Source: Octopus bimaculoides
Taxonomy: Eukaryota
NCBI RefSeq assembly: GCF_001194135.2
Contig: NC_068981.1
Location: 156,931,651 to 156,971,802 of the forward strand
Reading direction: 5' to 3'
Length of the DNA: 40,152 bases
Shown: piece by piece, positions 25,201-38,739 of the stretch
How positions within the stretch are numbered: the first letter of the stretch is position 1
How the letters are laid out: each line of letters begins with the position of its first letter
Notes under the pieces: model-generated
Seen by the model: the letters and a program-made list of their open reading frames with translations, nothing else
Database searches by the model: none
Told to the model about the DNA's origin: nothing
Made by a program: the position numbers and the translations under genes

Positions 25201-27765
25201 CTATTGGCAGTGCTAAATGAACAGCTTTAGGTGATTGCTAATGCACTTTTACAAGTGCAATATGTTCTTGACAAAACTATGCTTTTGTTCAAGCTGTTCC
25301 ACAACTGAATTTTCTCTTTCATAAACTTAATTAGAAATTATACAAAACCTAATCCGCAAACTTTATGCTTTTCAACTTTTAAACTATTTTTAAATAAATC
25401 ATCATCATCATTATTATTATAATTATTGTTATTGTTATTATTATGTCTGGATAAGAGGAACTGTTACCATAAACTTTGCACATCATCCTAGACTAGTAAT
25501 TTTAGCACCATTAATGTTCAGTACCTATAGAGAAAATATGAGCAAGGAGAGTATTCCAATGATACAATTCCAAATAGGAATAGTTGAGCAAAGTACTCAA
25601 TACATGGCTGAAACACTAGAGACAACAAACAGAAGTAGATTAATCATTTGGTATACATATTGCTTTTCAATCATGCAAGAACTTCTGTAGTGGTAAGAGA
25701 AGAGACAAGAGAGGACACAGCATGTTCATAAGCACATGCTTGTTGTTATTGTTAGTGCTATGTTCACACGGATGAAACAAACTTACGATCAAAGGTGTTT
25801 TAACCATCATTAACCCATCTGATGATATCTATGTCATTTTATTTTTAAGGCAGTAAGTAGAGTGTGATGAGAAAGATTTTCTCCTTCTTTCTAGCAGGTC
25901 AGGCAATGCATAGAGGCTTACTCGGGATGTTGATGAGTGAGGGTTTGCTAGACAATTGGTGAAAGATCTAGAATTTCAGTGTGTATAACAAATGTTCTGT
26001 CTCAATTATGGGAGGAGCAGCAGTACATGTAAGTATACTTTGTAATTGGTCAACAACTGCTCAAAATCAAACTATTTTCTGACCCTAAAAAGGAAACCTA
26101 ACTTTTCTAACACTGATTTTATCTTTCATCTCTCTGAAGTGTGATAGAATAACTTCAAGAAATATAATGGAACTAATTCAATCAACTACATTTCTCTTAC
26201 TTCATATAAAAAAAAAGAAGAAAAAAAAGAATCTTACTATCCAGTCAAAAATAGTTAAGTATTAGACTTAATATTTTGCTTCTGTAAGCATTATTTAGTA
26301 GGACATAATATTATCACTGATATTCTAACTATTCCTGGCATCTGATAAATATGATCACAGAATAAAAGTTGCTGCTGTTGTTACAACTTATGCTAAGTAT
26401 AATAAATAGCTTTTGGCTATGTTGGAAGTCTGTATATTTTAAATGTTAGAAATTTTAAATTATCTTGGTATCGTATGACAATTAGGTTGAAATAAAGTAA
26501 ACAGCTTCACATATCAAGCTGCTTTATATTACTGCTGGCATCATATAACAAATGACTTTATATCATGTTATACAGTAGTTTTTAAATATTATTAGTATCA
26601 ATTTCATAATTTGTATTATTGAGTAATTATAATCAGTTGCTTTCATAACATCTAATGTAATGCTTTACTATTTAATGTTCAAATCCTATTGTGATGCCCT
26701 TTACTCTGTTATAGGTCAATAAATAAGTACCAGTAATAAATTTTAAGTTGAAATTCTGACTTAGGATTTCTACTTAGAACATCAGGGCAAAGAACTGAAT
26801 GCAATCATTTGACCTACTAGAAATAGGAACCAAATCTCTCTGAGATTATACCACACAATTTGAAAAAAGAAATGAACATTAGATGATGTGGTCTAAGATG
26901 GATTCTTCTGGATGAGAAAATGATACCAGTTAGAGGATAATAATAAGAGGAGACTGGAGTAGTTTGGCAATATAGTTAGAAGACCATTCAATAGCTATGT
27001 AGCACTGATTTCCCACCATGACATTTCAAAGTACCTCTGTATATACCACAACTTCAGCCTATGTCTGCACATTATTAGCTATAACATACTAAGCCTTCTG
27101 CAGAGAGAATATTAGCATCTGACTAATAGAATGTGTTCCTTAAACAAAAAGCAAGAGAAGATGGCTCCAGTTTGATCAGATGAAAGCTGGAGTAATGCAT
27201 GATGGTCAGGATCATTAAAACTTTCTGCAAAAATTTTAAATTAACTTTGTTTCAAATCTCACCCTCTTCCCCCCCCCCCCCNNNNNNNNNNNNNNNNNNN
27301 NNNNNNNNNNNNNNNNNNNNNNNNNNNNNNNNNNNNNNNNNNNNNNNNNNNNNNNNNNNNNNNNNNNNNNNNNNNNNNNNNNNNNNNNNNNNNNNNNNNN
27401 NNNNNNNNNNNNNNNNNNNNNNNNNNNNNNNNNNNNNNNNNNNNNNNNNNNNNNNNNNNNNNNNNNNNNNNNNNNNNNNNNNNNNNNNNNNNNNNNNNNN
27501 NNNNNNNNNNNNNNNNNNNNNNNNNNNNNNNNNNNNNNNNNNNNNNNNNNNNNNNNNNNNNNNNNNNNNNNNNNNNNNNNNNNNNNNNNNNNNNNNNNNN
27601 NNNNNNNNNNNNNNNNNNNNNNNNNNNNNNNNNNNNNNNNNNNNNNNNNNNNNNNNNNNNNNNNNNNNNNNNNNNNNNNNNNNNNNNNNNNNNNNNNNNN
27701 NNNNNNNNNNNNNNNNNNNNNNNNNNNNNNNNNNNNNNNNNNNNNNNNNNNNNNNNNNNNNNNNN

Positions 27766-27998
27766 TGTGTGTGTGTGTGTGTGTTTGTATGTCTGTGTTT
27801 GTCCCCCCACCATCGCTTGACAACCGATGCTGGTGTGTTTACGTCCCCGTAGCTTAGCGGTTCAGCAAACAGAGACTGATAGAATAAGTACTAGGCTTAC
27901 AAAGAATAAGTCCTGGGGTCGATTTTCTCAACTAAAGGCGGTGCTCCAGCATGGCCACAGTCAAATGACTGAAACAAGTATAAGAGTAAAAGAGTAAA
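27766..27998 (+). mobile_element. SINE family A, 3' half (5' half probably in the gap)
   Basis: TTTGTCCCCCCACCATCGCTTGACAACC..GGTGCTCCAGCATGGCCACAGTCAAATGACTGAAACAAG. Confidence 0.85.
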
Positions 27999-28639
27999 GG
28001 CACACAACTACTTTTGGAATGGAAAATATTAGTGCAATTGAATAACATGCTTGTATATTGCATGTTCTTATTTTTAAGTAACTCTAAGATATGAAAAACA
28101 AGGTTGATCTCAATAGGATCTGACCAGTGACATGCTAAATGAGATGCTTAGTACAGGAATCTACTAGCTCAACCCTGTTTTCTTTACCTAAAGTACAGTT
28201 CTCAGCTAGATCCTTTTTTCCACTTCCACTAGGCTTGTTGCTTACATTTTATACTCTGTTATTGCATCATCACCCAGCTCCAATGGCACAATTAGTCAAA
28301 GACTTAAAGTAAATTAACTGACACATTACAAAAAATTATCCAAATGAATTTTTTGCACGATGTTGAAAAAAAAAAAAAAAACTCAAGCTTGTCCCCATTT
28401 TCCATCATCTATGTTTTTTAGCTAAAATTCCATAAACAGATTTATATAAAAACATTTCTTCACATTGAAGGTCTAACAATTTTCTTTTCCCTAGTCAAAA
28501 CAAAGTTCATTTTGCTCTTAATCTGCCAAACAGCCAGTTATTTGGCAAGCTTTTTAAAGTTTCTCTTACATAATATAACCCCAATACATCACAAAACTGC
28601 AGAATTTTCAATTCAGTTCTTTCTATTCTTTTATTCTTT

Positions 28640-28915
28640 TTTACTCTTTTACTTATATCAGTCATTTGATTGTGGCCATTCTGGAGCACAACCTTAAAGG
28701 GTTTTAGTTGAAGAAATCAATCCCAGGACTTATTCTTTGTAAGGGTGACAAACACCAACATACACATATAAATACACACACACACACACACGATGGGCTT
28801 CTTTTAGTTTCTGTCTACTAGAAGACACTAGCCCAAAGTACTTCACAGTGGGACTGAACCCAAAACCATGTAGTTGGAAAGCAAACTCCTTACCACACTG
28901 CCACGCCTGTGCCTA
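28640..28915 (-). mobile_element. SINE family A, internally deleted copy
   Basis: Tail and head blocks present in reverse orientation; middle segments missing. Confidence 0.8.
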
Positions 28916-30315
28916 TAATGGAACAAATGCATTAATCTTCTTGATATCAACCTATCTGACTCTGCCTTTAGTTTCCAGTTTTAAAGTGATCTAAATTAAA
29001 TATATTCTATCAAAATTTTATGCTTATTTGTTTTCAAACACGTCTAATAAATTCTTCATTATTTTCAAAATTTTCTGAAAGAAAGGCAGTGTATTTTAAC
29101 AGAAATATGGTAGCAAAAGAGTTAAAACACTTTCAAGGATATAATACAACTCTCCATAAGAACGCTCTCTCCAAAATACAAATAAAAGTACCTGCCCATG
29201 AATGAAATACTGATATCCCCACCCCACAGTACATGAAAACAACATTCATTCCTATAGCCAATAATAACAAAGATAAGAAACAATAAACATGCAACCACCA
29301 GTCAGTTAGATATCTTGATAATACAATCAGGACATCTTGAAACATCAGCGCAATGAATCTGGAGACACATCAGTGTAAAGTAAAATCTTTACAACTAGTG
29401 ATCAAAACTAGACTAAATTTGGTTCATAAGGTACTTATTTTTCTTCCCATTATGCTCACCAAACAGAACAGTACCACCTCTCTAGACATTTTCTAAGATT
29501 TGTGTTTCTATAGCCCCAAGCTTTTGATGGAGGTCTGAAATATTTACAGGGATGTAAATAGTGACAGAAATAAATTCTCAATGGGAGAAAGAGAGAGACA
29601 GAAATATATAAGTAACCGGCTATGTTTTATTTCCTCTTTTGAAAAAAAAAAATTGAGAAAGAGAACATATGTGTTTATCTATAGTTCATAAGTCATATGT
29701 ATACGTATATCTGTTTATATTTATGTACGTGTTTCAGCAAGTATTTTAGATGTGTAAATGTATACATAACTATGAGTGTGTGTGTATATATATATATATA
29801 TATTTCATACACACGTGTGTGTGTATTTATGTCTGTATATTTATATATATAAATTTGTTTAATTGCAAATATGCTTAAGGGTTTATGTTTGTTTTTAAGT
29901 GTGTGTATCACTCCCTGCCTACAGGTCTAGTGAGTTGAGGTAACTATAATGTTATGTATGATTAAACAGACAGGCCAAAGTCAATATGCATTTATATATA
30001 AGTGGAAGTATTCAAACTGTGTATGTGTGTATTTGTCTGCCTGTCTCTGTACATGTGGTTTCTGGCTTGTTTTCAGATTCCATCAGCTTCCTCCGCCCAA
30101 GGAAAATATCTAAACTACTATTGGCAAGGAATGTCAGATGCAAGGGGGTTTCCTGACTGCAGCTGGGTCAGACCATATGCAAAATACAATACGGGAGAAG
30201 TGTTTTAATTTTGAAAGTTGATTACATCAAATTCAGAAAATACTCACAAATTCTCCACTTGCAAACACACATACATACATATTTTACACACACACACACA
30301 CACACATTATAAAAC

Positions 30316-30375
30316 ATTATATTATATATTATTATATTATATTATATCATATTATATTATATATTATTAAATTAT
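30316..30375 (+). repeat. (ATATT)n pentanucleotide repeat
   Basis: Read directly. Confidence 0.8.
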
Positions 30376-31296
30376 ATTTTACATATACATATTTCAAATA
30401 TACTTTATTACTGAATACATATTTATTTTCCTGTACATGCAACACATGCAACATGAGACACACTTTCTACAGAAAATTATTACCAGCATACTGATATGTT
30501 GTGATAAAGGCGGAGACAAATCTAGCCCAGCCTCTCAAATTTACTCAACATTTCAGCTTACTTAGCTAATTTTCCATTCAGTTAGTTTAACACCATAAAA
30601 TATGTAAGAAACACTCTAATAACATTGGTTAACAGTTTTACTGGGCGAACACCCATAGAAAAGAACCCCTTGATAGTAGACTTTTTGTTTTAGTGCTCCT
30701 GGAAGAACAATTAATTGAATGTCTATATATAAATGATTGAAACAGGAAGAAGGAGAAAGAAAGCAAGAAAAAGGGAAGTAGGGAGGAGATAGAAATAGCA
30801 TACCAGAGAGGTATCAGTGATTCTATGTTTTATACTGCTAGGCACTACATTTTTATCTCAATGTTATTTAGAAAGGGGAAACAAGTATACACATTTTAGA
30901 TAGAGATGGATCATTCAAACAGGAAATATTAAATAACAAAACAAAAAGTATTAAAAACGAAACAAAAAAAAAAAAGAAATTGATAAAGTGCACATATTTA
31001 GGGGAATGACATAGAGATAGATATCTAATGTTGACAGTGATGAGCATTGGAGTAGTAAGCTATTGTATAACAAGGACATAGAAAGTATCAAAGAATTTAC
31101 ACTGGAACAGAGAAAATTCCAAAGAAAAATATAAGATATATTTTCAGTGAATCACTAGAAATAGGGAAAATACTATCACTGTAAGCAGGAAAATATACCA
31201 CATTACTCTACTTTAGATATATTCTTGATTCACCAGGTGACTAAGTAACTACTTTTTAAACCACCTTGAAGTCAGTCAATTAATACTCACACCAAC

Positions 31297-31945
31297 ATGT
31301 TCATCAACACAATAATTATTGGCCTTCTTATCTTCTTGCAAACTTTTCACAAAGGCTGGGATACAGATGCAGCATCCCACAATATCAATACAAGGAAGAA
31401 AAGTAAATCGGCTTCCGTTAGGAGCACTAAGTGTGCATACACAATAGTGGTTAATGAAGTAGATGCTTCTCAGTGTCCAGTGATGACACAACCAGTGCAG
31501 TCGGACCATACAGCAGATGGAAAAGCTCAGAAAAAATCAACAGTGTCCTCAAGTGAAGTGCATGGTTTAACTTCAAAGATCCATAGTGTAGAAACTACCC
31601 TGTTAGGTGAAATTGTCAAAAACCGCGAACTAAACACAACACTGACTCATCATAGTATCATGCTACAAAAGGCAGAGGACCGGTTTCTGAAGTACCAAAA
31701 CAACTTCACATCACTTTTCCGAGCCATCATGTTTATGGAACAGAAAATCCGAAAACAGAAGGAAATTAGTCGCAACTTGGACAACAAGCTGTCTAACATA
31801 ATGCTTGATGTTGTGGAAGTGAACAATGTACTTTCACGGAAAACTCCAGGCCCAGGAACAAGTCTCAAAGACAAACAAATCAAAGTAGAAAGTGCAGCAC
31901 ATGTAAGACAATGTGGAATTACTGACGACACAGATATTTTCCAAG
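31297..31945 (+). CDS. First coding exon of a secreted coiled-coil protein, probably angiopoietin-like / fibrinogen-related (FReD); the C-terminal domain is not in the window
   Basis: aacATG start with an upstream in-frame TGA; hydrophobic signal peptide MFINTIIIGLLIFLQ; KCAYTIVV resembles the angiopoietin N-terminal CSYTF motif; long heptad-like helical region; CAAG|gtaagc donor after ...CGITDDTDIFQ; possible acceptor at 31236. The coding exon is well supported; the family assignment is inference. Confidence 0.7.
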
Positions 31946-32105
31946 GTAAGCAATGTTTCTATGCTGGATGCAACAATGCATTTGCATGTAGCTGTGATGA
32001 CAAGTATACATACATGATTGCAGCTAACACTACATATAAACACAATTACATGTAATAAGGATAGCTAGTGCATACATGAGTACATACATACATACATACA
32101 TAAAC

Positions 32106-32170
<65 letters not shown>

Positions 32171-33774
32171 AATATATAAATATATGCACATACATCTACA
32201 CACGCACACACATTAGAAACAAACTAAAAAATTATTCCTTGACACCAGAATGTTGGATAAAAAAAGTATGCATACATATATTTCTCAATACATTGTTTTA
32301 GAATAATTAGCGTGCTCGATATTCTGAAGTAGAGCTGAAATTCTGTCATATGGTATTGCATGCTAATTACAATAGGAAGATTAAATACTGATATTGTGAT
32401 AAAGTGATACTTTTAGTTGAATATTCAATTTCATTTTACGTATGTACATCCTTAGATTACATTACACACTCACATCATCATCATCTTTTAACACTCAAGC
32501 TCCATGGGTTGGATGGTTTGAGAGGATCCCATGGACCAAGGACTGCATCACTACCATGTTCCAATATGTGTGTGTGTGAGTGTGTGTATACATAATACAT
32601 ATATATACACACACATACACACAACAACACTAATAATATATTATTTAAGATCATCATCAATATTTTATGTCTGCTTTCCATGTTGTCGTGGGTTGAACCT
32701 AAACCACAGTCCAAGTAAGTTCTTATTGAGACTTACTACCCTCCTACAAAGATCGGAGGACCATGACTCACTCTTATAGTTCAATTTTTGGCTTGTTTCT
32801 GTGGCTGAATGACCTTCTCACACATACACACATTGCCACAATGACCAATATTTACAGAATATTTAGTTACATCTGGCAATAATAGATAAGGAGCACATGT
32901 ATTCATTCATTCCACATGACTGAGAATCAAAGTGTGTGTACGTATGTGCGTGTCTTGTGCACATGCACAAGATGACACGTGTATACATATGCACACACTT
33001 GTGTTTATATAGAGAAAGCTACCTACTTCAATTTCCAATTTCTTAAGATTTTCTTCATTATGAACACTAAAATTATGTGCAAGCACACACACACACACAC
33101 ACACACACCTGAGCATGCATTTGCAAGAAGAAGAATAAAAGAAACAAACAAATGTAGAGTGGTAACAAAATATTCCAGTTCCTTCTTTTTAAATTTTGTG
33201 GTATATTCAAATGAAGGAGTTTTTTTGCTTCTTTTTTTTATTTTCAAATCATATTATAAATTGATAGTGAATATGTGAATGTGTCCGTATACCAGCTGCA
33301 TAACATCAAGAGAACCAGAAGAAAGAAGAGGAGGTGAAAAGAGAACAAAAAAAAAAGTTAGCATGAAGAGAAAAAGAGACAATTGTTACTTAGGAGTGAG
33401 GTTGTTGCTAAGTTGTTATTTAACATCAATGTCAGCACTGGTTGAGTAGATTAACTTTTTTGTTAAAGAAATCAGATATATCCACTCAAAATTTCATTAC
33501 TTTTAAATGTGGAAAACAATTCTATATATGAATCTATCTTTTGTTGAGTAATGTCATGTTTGAAACAATTTTTTGTTGAGATACGTCAAGTTTACAGAGA
33601 CAATATGACTTGGAGAAAATATAAATTCTATTTTTTTGGTAGATATTTAACAAAATTACTAGAATTGCCAAAATTTTTTATTTCACAGTTAAAGGAATAA
33701 TGATTAAAAACATCTCCAATAGTGGCCATCCAGATTTTTTTTCAGGCATGATGTATCGCCACTGGATTATATAT

Positions 33775-34150
33775 AGGCGCAGGCGTGGTTGTGTGGTAAG
33801 AAGCTTGCTTTCCAACCACATGGTACTAGGTTCAGTCCCATTGCATGGCACCTTGGGCAAGTGTCTTCAACTATAGCCTCGGGCCAACCAAAACCTTGTG
33901 AGTGGTTTGGTAGACAGAAACTGAAAGAAACCCGTCGTGTGTGTGTGTGTGTGTGTTTGTCCCCCCACCATCGCTTGACAACCAGTGTTGGTGTGTTTAT
34001 ATCCCCCGTAACATAAGCGGTTCAGCAAAAGAGACTGATAGAATAAGTACCAGGCTTACAAAGAATATGTCCTGGGGTTGAACTGTTCGACTAAAGGTGG
34101 CGCTTCAGCATGGCTGCAGTCAAATGAATGAAACAAGTAAAAAAAAAAAG
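33775..34150 (+). mobile_element. tRNA-derived SINE, family A, near full length with internal (TG)n
   Basis: Head GGTTGTGTGGTAAGAAG..GGTTCAGTCCC, core CACCTTGGGCAAGTGTCTT, tail CAGCATGGC..CAGTCAAATG..GAAACAAGTAAAA; shared with several other copies in the window. Confidence 0.88.
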
Positions 34151-35489
34151 AATAAAAGAAAAAAAATATACATATACAAATAACAAAAATAAAATTAAAA
34201 TAATAAAATTAAAAAAATAAATATATATATATATATATATTTATATAGGCATGGGTAATGTGATAGAAAATTAGCTGTTATTTCTAGCAGGGTGTATAAC
34301 AACAGAGAACAAAATGAAGGTGGGAGAAATTTTGGCCACATTCACACTTGAAGGTGCCCACAAAATAGTTGAAGTTTTGTCATCAAAACAATAATGTAAT
34401 ACAAATTCCATTCATATAAATTTATATGTCGAATTTAAGATGAATTTTAATTTTTTTTTTCATAGTACACATGTACTTCTACAAGTTCTTATGTACTTTG
34501 CCCCATGTACTAAAATGGTGCCTACCCTTTTTTAAGAGGTTTCCTTAGATATTAAACTACAGCAGTTTTTTACTGAAACACGGATTTTCATGTAAAAAGG
34601 AGTTGGGAGCTCAAAGGACTGATATAACAACCACTTTTCTTGGAGTCATATTTCTCTAAAAATAAAAAAAAAAGGGGACATTCTTTGAACGGGAAAAGGA
34701 AAATAGTGAAAAATGTAAGAATAAATATTTTAGCAAAATTATGTGATGTAGGTTAAAACTAATGTAAAAGTACTGAGACATCAACTTGAAGCCTTAACTG
34801 TCATGAATTGTCATGAAACAGCAAATTGTGTTTGTGTGGGTGAGCAGAAAGAGAGTAGAAAGGAGGGGAAGGGAGACAATAAATGACAGTCAAGAGAGTT
34901 TAAAAAACATTTAAGATATAGGAATTATCAAAACGGAAAGAAAAAAAAAAGAGCTGAGAAAAGGGAATTAAGTATAGATTGTGATGTCCAGATAATTCAT
35001 CAATGGACACCTCAGAGAGTACATGGGAAGTGATGATGATGATGATGGTGGTGGATGGTGGTGGTGGTGGTGGTGGAAAAGAGAAATTCCTTATATTCCA
35101 TTAACAATTTTGAAAAAAAAAAGCATAAAAGCTTTCCATTTTTTTTTCTTTTTACCAGCTCATGGTTTTCANNNNNNNNNNNNNNNNNNNNNNNNNNNNN
35201 NNNNNNNNNNNNNNNNNNNNNNNNNNNNNNNNNNNNNNNNNNNNNNNNNNNNNNNNNNNNNNNNNNNNNNNNNNNNNNNNNNNNNNNNNNNNNNNNNNNN
35301 NNNNNNNNNNNNNNNNNNNNNNNNNNNNNNNNNNNNNNNNNNNNNNNNNNNNNNNNNNNNNNNNACAGCATTTTCCTGAAAAATGATTCCAAAAATAAAA
35401 AAAAACTTTAGAATGTTCTAGATGTTAATGTTGAAGTAAAAAGTGTTCTAACAGTGAGTTTTAATTAAATATTCAAAGTCTGTTAATAC

Positions 35490-35493
<4 letters not shown>

Positions 35494-35548
<55 letters not shown>

Positions 35549-35590
35549 ATGTGTGTGCGTGTGTGTGCGTGCTTGCGTGTGTGTGTGTGT
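35494..35590 (+). repeat. (TG)n microsatellite
   Basis: Read directly. Confidence 0.95.
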
Positions 35591-35961
35591 AGCAGAGTGA
35601 ACAGATGTAAGGAAGAGGATGAATTTCTAGCATACAACAAATATAACAGTTAAGATAAAGAATTATGTGTAGAAAGTGCTTAGCTTAAATGTCAGTAATG
35701 CCTTCTCACTACAAGTAATACATTAAAAAAGAGAGAGAGAGAAAAAGGAGTGAGGTTAGATAGCAATTTTCCTTAGTCAGCATAAAAGAGAGTGAGAGTG
35801 AAATATAATTCAGTCCCTTTCACAAGGCACACAAATACTACATTCAGGAACCATAATACTAAACTCTTGTCCAAATCAACATATGCAGAAATAGCTTAAG
35901 TTAAGCATATATTTAACAAATGTTGTTTCCTGGCTCCATGCATAATATGCACACACACACA

Positions 35962-36860
35962 CAGTGTGTGGTCGTCCCTGACCTCTTCAACTGTGAATGA
36001 ATCTCAGGCATTACCTTTGGAAACTACCACCTTACTGACCTGGAATATGTGGCTGATACCACTCTATTCAGCAACTCAATTGACCAGCTTAGGGACACAC
36101 TGACCATTTACAGAGAGGAATCAGCAAAGCTTGTCCTTCAGGTGAGTTAGGTGAAGACCAAGCTGATGCAGGTCAGTGATGGCCCGGACTGTCCCCCTCT
36201 CCATATTGGCCCTGATGTCAAGGAGTTTGTCAACTCCATCTACCTGTGCTCCATATTCCCCACCAATGGAGACCTGACCCCAGAAATCAAGCACAGATGT
36301 GGTTTGGCTGCTGAGATCATGTACTCCCTATGGAAGCCCCTTTGGTGCCACTGCTCTATCTCCTGAAAGACAAAACTCTTCATTTACAATACATCGGTAC
36401 TCTCCATTCTTCTCTATGGAGTAGAAATATAGCTTTTTACAAAGACCTTGGCAAAGAGAATCAACAGCTTCAAAAACAGAACCCTGAGAACCATTGAAAA
36501 CATTAGATGGTGCCATCGTGTTTCCAGAAAACAACTGCTTGCACACTCTCACCTCATAGCTATCTGCTGCATGCACTAGTATAGACATATCCCCTGCCTC
36601 CCACCAGATCATCCTAACAGGACCTTACTGCAGGCTGGAAGATGCCCTGTGGCAGGCCTCACAACAGATTGCTGGACATGATTAAGGAAGATCTCCAGAA
36701 GCTCAACATCTAGGAAAATGCAGAGAGATTGGCATGGGACTGCCAGTAACGGGGAGCACTGATGGACCTGGTTGGCTCTATGCATGATGACACCTCTGAG
36801 AACATCAGCCTGGGTTAACCCCAACCCCTTCAAGCAAGAGCTTGAAACAAGAAGCAAACA
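35962..36860 (+). mobile_element. 5'-truncated, inactive RTE-clade LINE fragment (RT C-terminal half plus 3' end)
   Basis: Translation QCVVVPDLFNC..GITFGNYHLTDLEYVADTTLF..KTKLMQV..EIKHRCGLA..KTKLFIYNTSVLSILLYGVE matches RTE RT motifs; the YADD-type motif reads YVADT; several stops and frameshifts; CAAG-like tail. Confidence 0.88.
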
Positions 36861-36867
36861 AGCACAA

Positions 36868-37143
<276 letters not shown>

Positions 37144-37749
37144 ATTTGTACATTCGCTTTTTCTATGTTGGAATATTGGGCAAGACTTACAATAGTCTTA
37201 TTCTCTGGCCAGATATCCTTCTTGTTGCCAACTCGTGCCTACTTTTCAAGAAAGGTACTTTTATTATCAGTTATTCAACAAATATCATAATTTCAACACA
37301 TAGATAGAACATTAGACTTCTATGCAGTTTCCATCAACCATTTTCACTCACAAGACATTGATTATGCCCAAGGTGCCACACAGTATGATGGAGCAATTAT
37401 CCTAACTTATCTTCCAGCAGCCAGGGGACTTAGACATGAACAAAAAGAATTGAACACGTTTATGACCTATGTAATTTGCATAACTTAAACAAAAATGAGT
37501 AAACGGGAATACTCCAAATGGCCAGTGGCATGTATTTGAACGATAGACAGATACATGCATATCAAATACCATACACCATTAATTCTTGAATTATTTAAAT
37601 CATCTCCACCTCTGGAGAATGTGTCATAATTGCCAATTAAGACAAGTTCCATATGGTGATAATATATATTAATACAGAAACGTGTTCATGATTGTCCTCT
37701 TATTCCCAGATAATAAGCCTATCCTTTTCCATAATGACCCATCAAAAGA

Positions 37750-38600
37750 ATTTTTGATTCTTCTCATGTGGCATCTTTTGTCATGTCATCTTACTCATGT
37801 AAAGAAGTGCCTTCAGGTCAGTCTTCACCACTTCATCTGAAGTCTCCTTGGTTTCCCTCTTCCACAGATCTCATTCACTTTGAGTGTGCAGCATTTCTTT
37901 ATACATCAATCTTCCTCTAGATGCATCATATACCCATATCATGCAATCTTATATCTGGCACCCTACATCTGATACCTCTTATGTTCAGTTTCTCTCTCAG
38001 TTTACTTCTACTCTATCATTCACAAAGACTAATATTACACATCCAGTGGTATGTATTCATTTCATTTTTTTCTACCCTTCACAGATCCTATGTATTTATC
38101 ACCTACATCCCATTATTAGGCAGCATAGCACTTTGTTCACTCTGATAAAAAAAAGTAGAGGTAATAGCTCACTGAACTTTTTATTCCAATTTGTTCTTAC
38201 TCTGGCTATTATGCATTCAGAGCAGCTACACCCACTGCTAAGTAGGTCATCCAGGTCACAAAAACTGTCAACTACTTCTCAAGAACCTTCCAAGCCTATA
38301 AGAGAAATTTTCTGTGCCCATGTGCACCTGCCATATATGAAATCTACCTTCTCTGTTAACCTACTTGTGATTCTATTTCAATTCTCGTATGTCTATAGTT
38401 TCTCTGAATACCAAGCATAGCCATTTCTCTGATGGAATCAGGGTCTTGTCACCTGCTCTATTTACTTATACTTGATTCTTTGCTAAATTTAGAGGACACT
38501 TGATTCTAAATTTTGCTTTCTTGCTTCAAATTTCTTCTACATAAATCTGGAATTCCTTCACTAAATCCATTACAGATTCATTTATAGGAGTTCCACAGGA
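37750..38600 (+). mobile_element. Highly decayed LINE endonuclease-like fragment
   Basis: The 178-aa ORF track segment (ILCIYHLHP..LAIMHSEQL..FSVNLLV) loosely follows APE-endonuclease motif spacing (CVYRPP, GDFNAH, LDL); very divergent. Confidence 0.4.
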
Positions 38601-38739
38601 AGCTTGTCTAAAATTCCTCTAAAGGACTACAATAAACAAAAGTTAACTAAAGAATGATCAGTGATAGGCTACTCTAATGTTAAATTGGTTGCTAAACTCA
38701 TGGTTAATTCTCACCTTGTTGACAACATCTCAACCATTT

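Noticed and set aside
29133-29345. 70-aa hydrophobic minus-strand ORF
   Set aside because: No recognisable motif; hydrophobic bias is expected from the antisense of A/C-rich DNA.
34345-34365. Minus-strand TGT GGG CAC (CGH), checked as a possible CGHC active site
   Set aside because: Reads FCGHLQV followed by a stop; not WCGHC.
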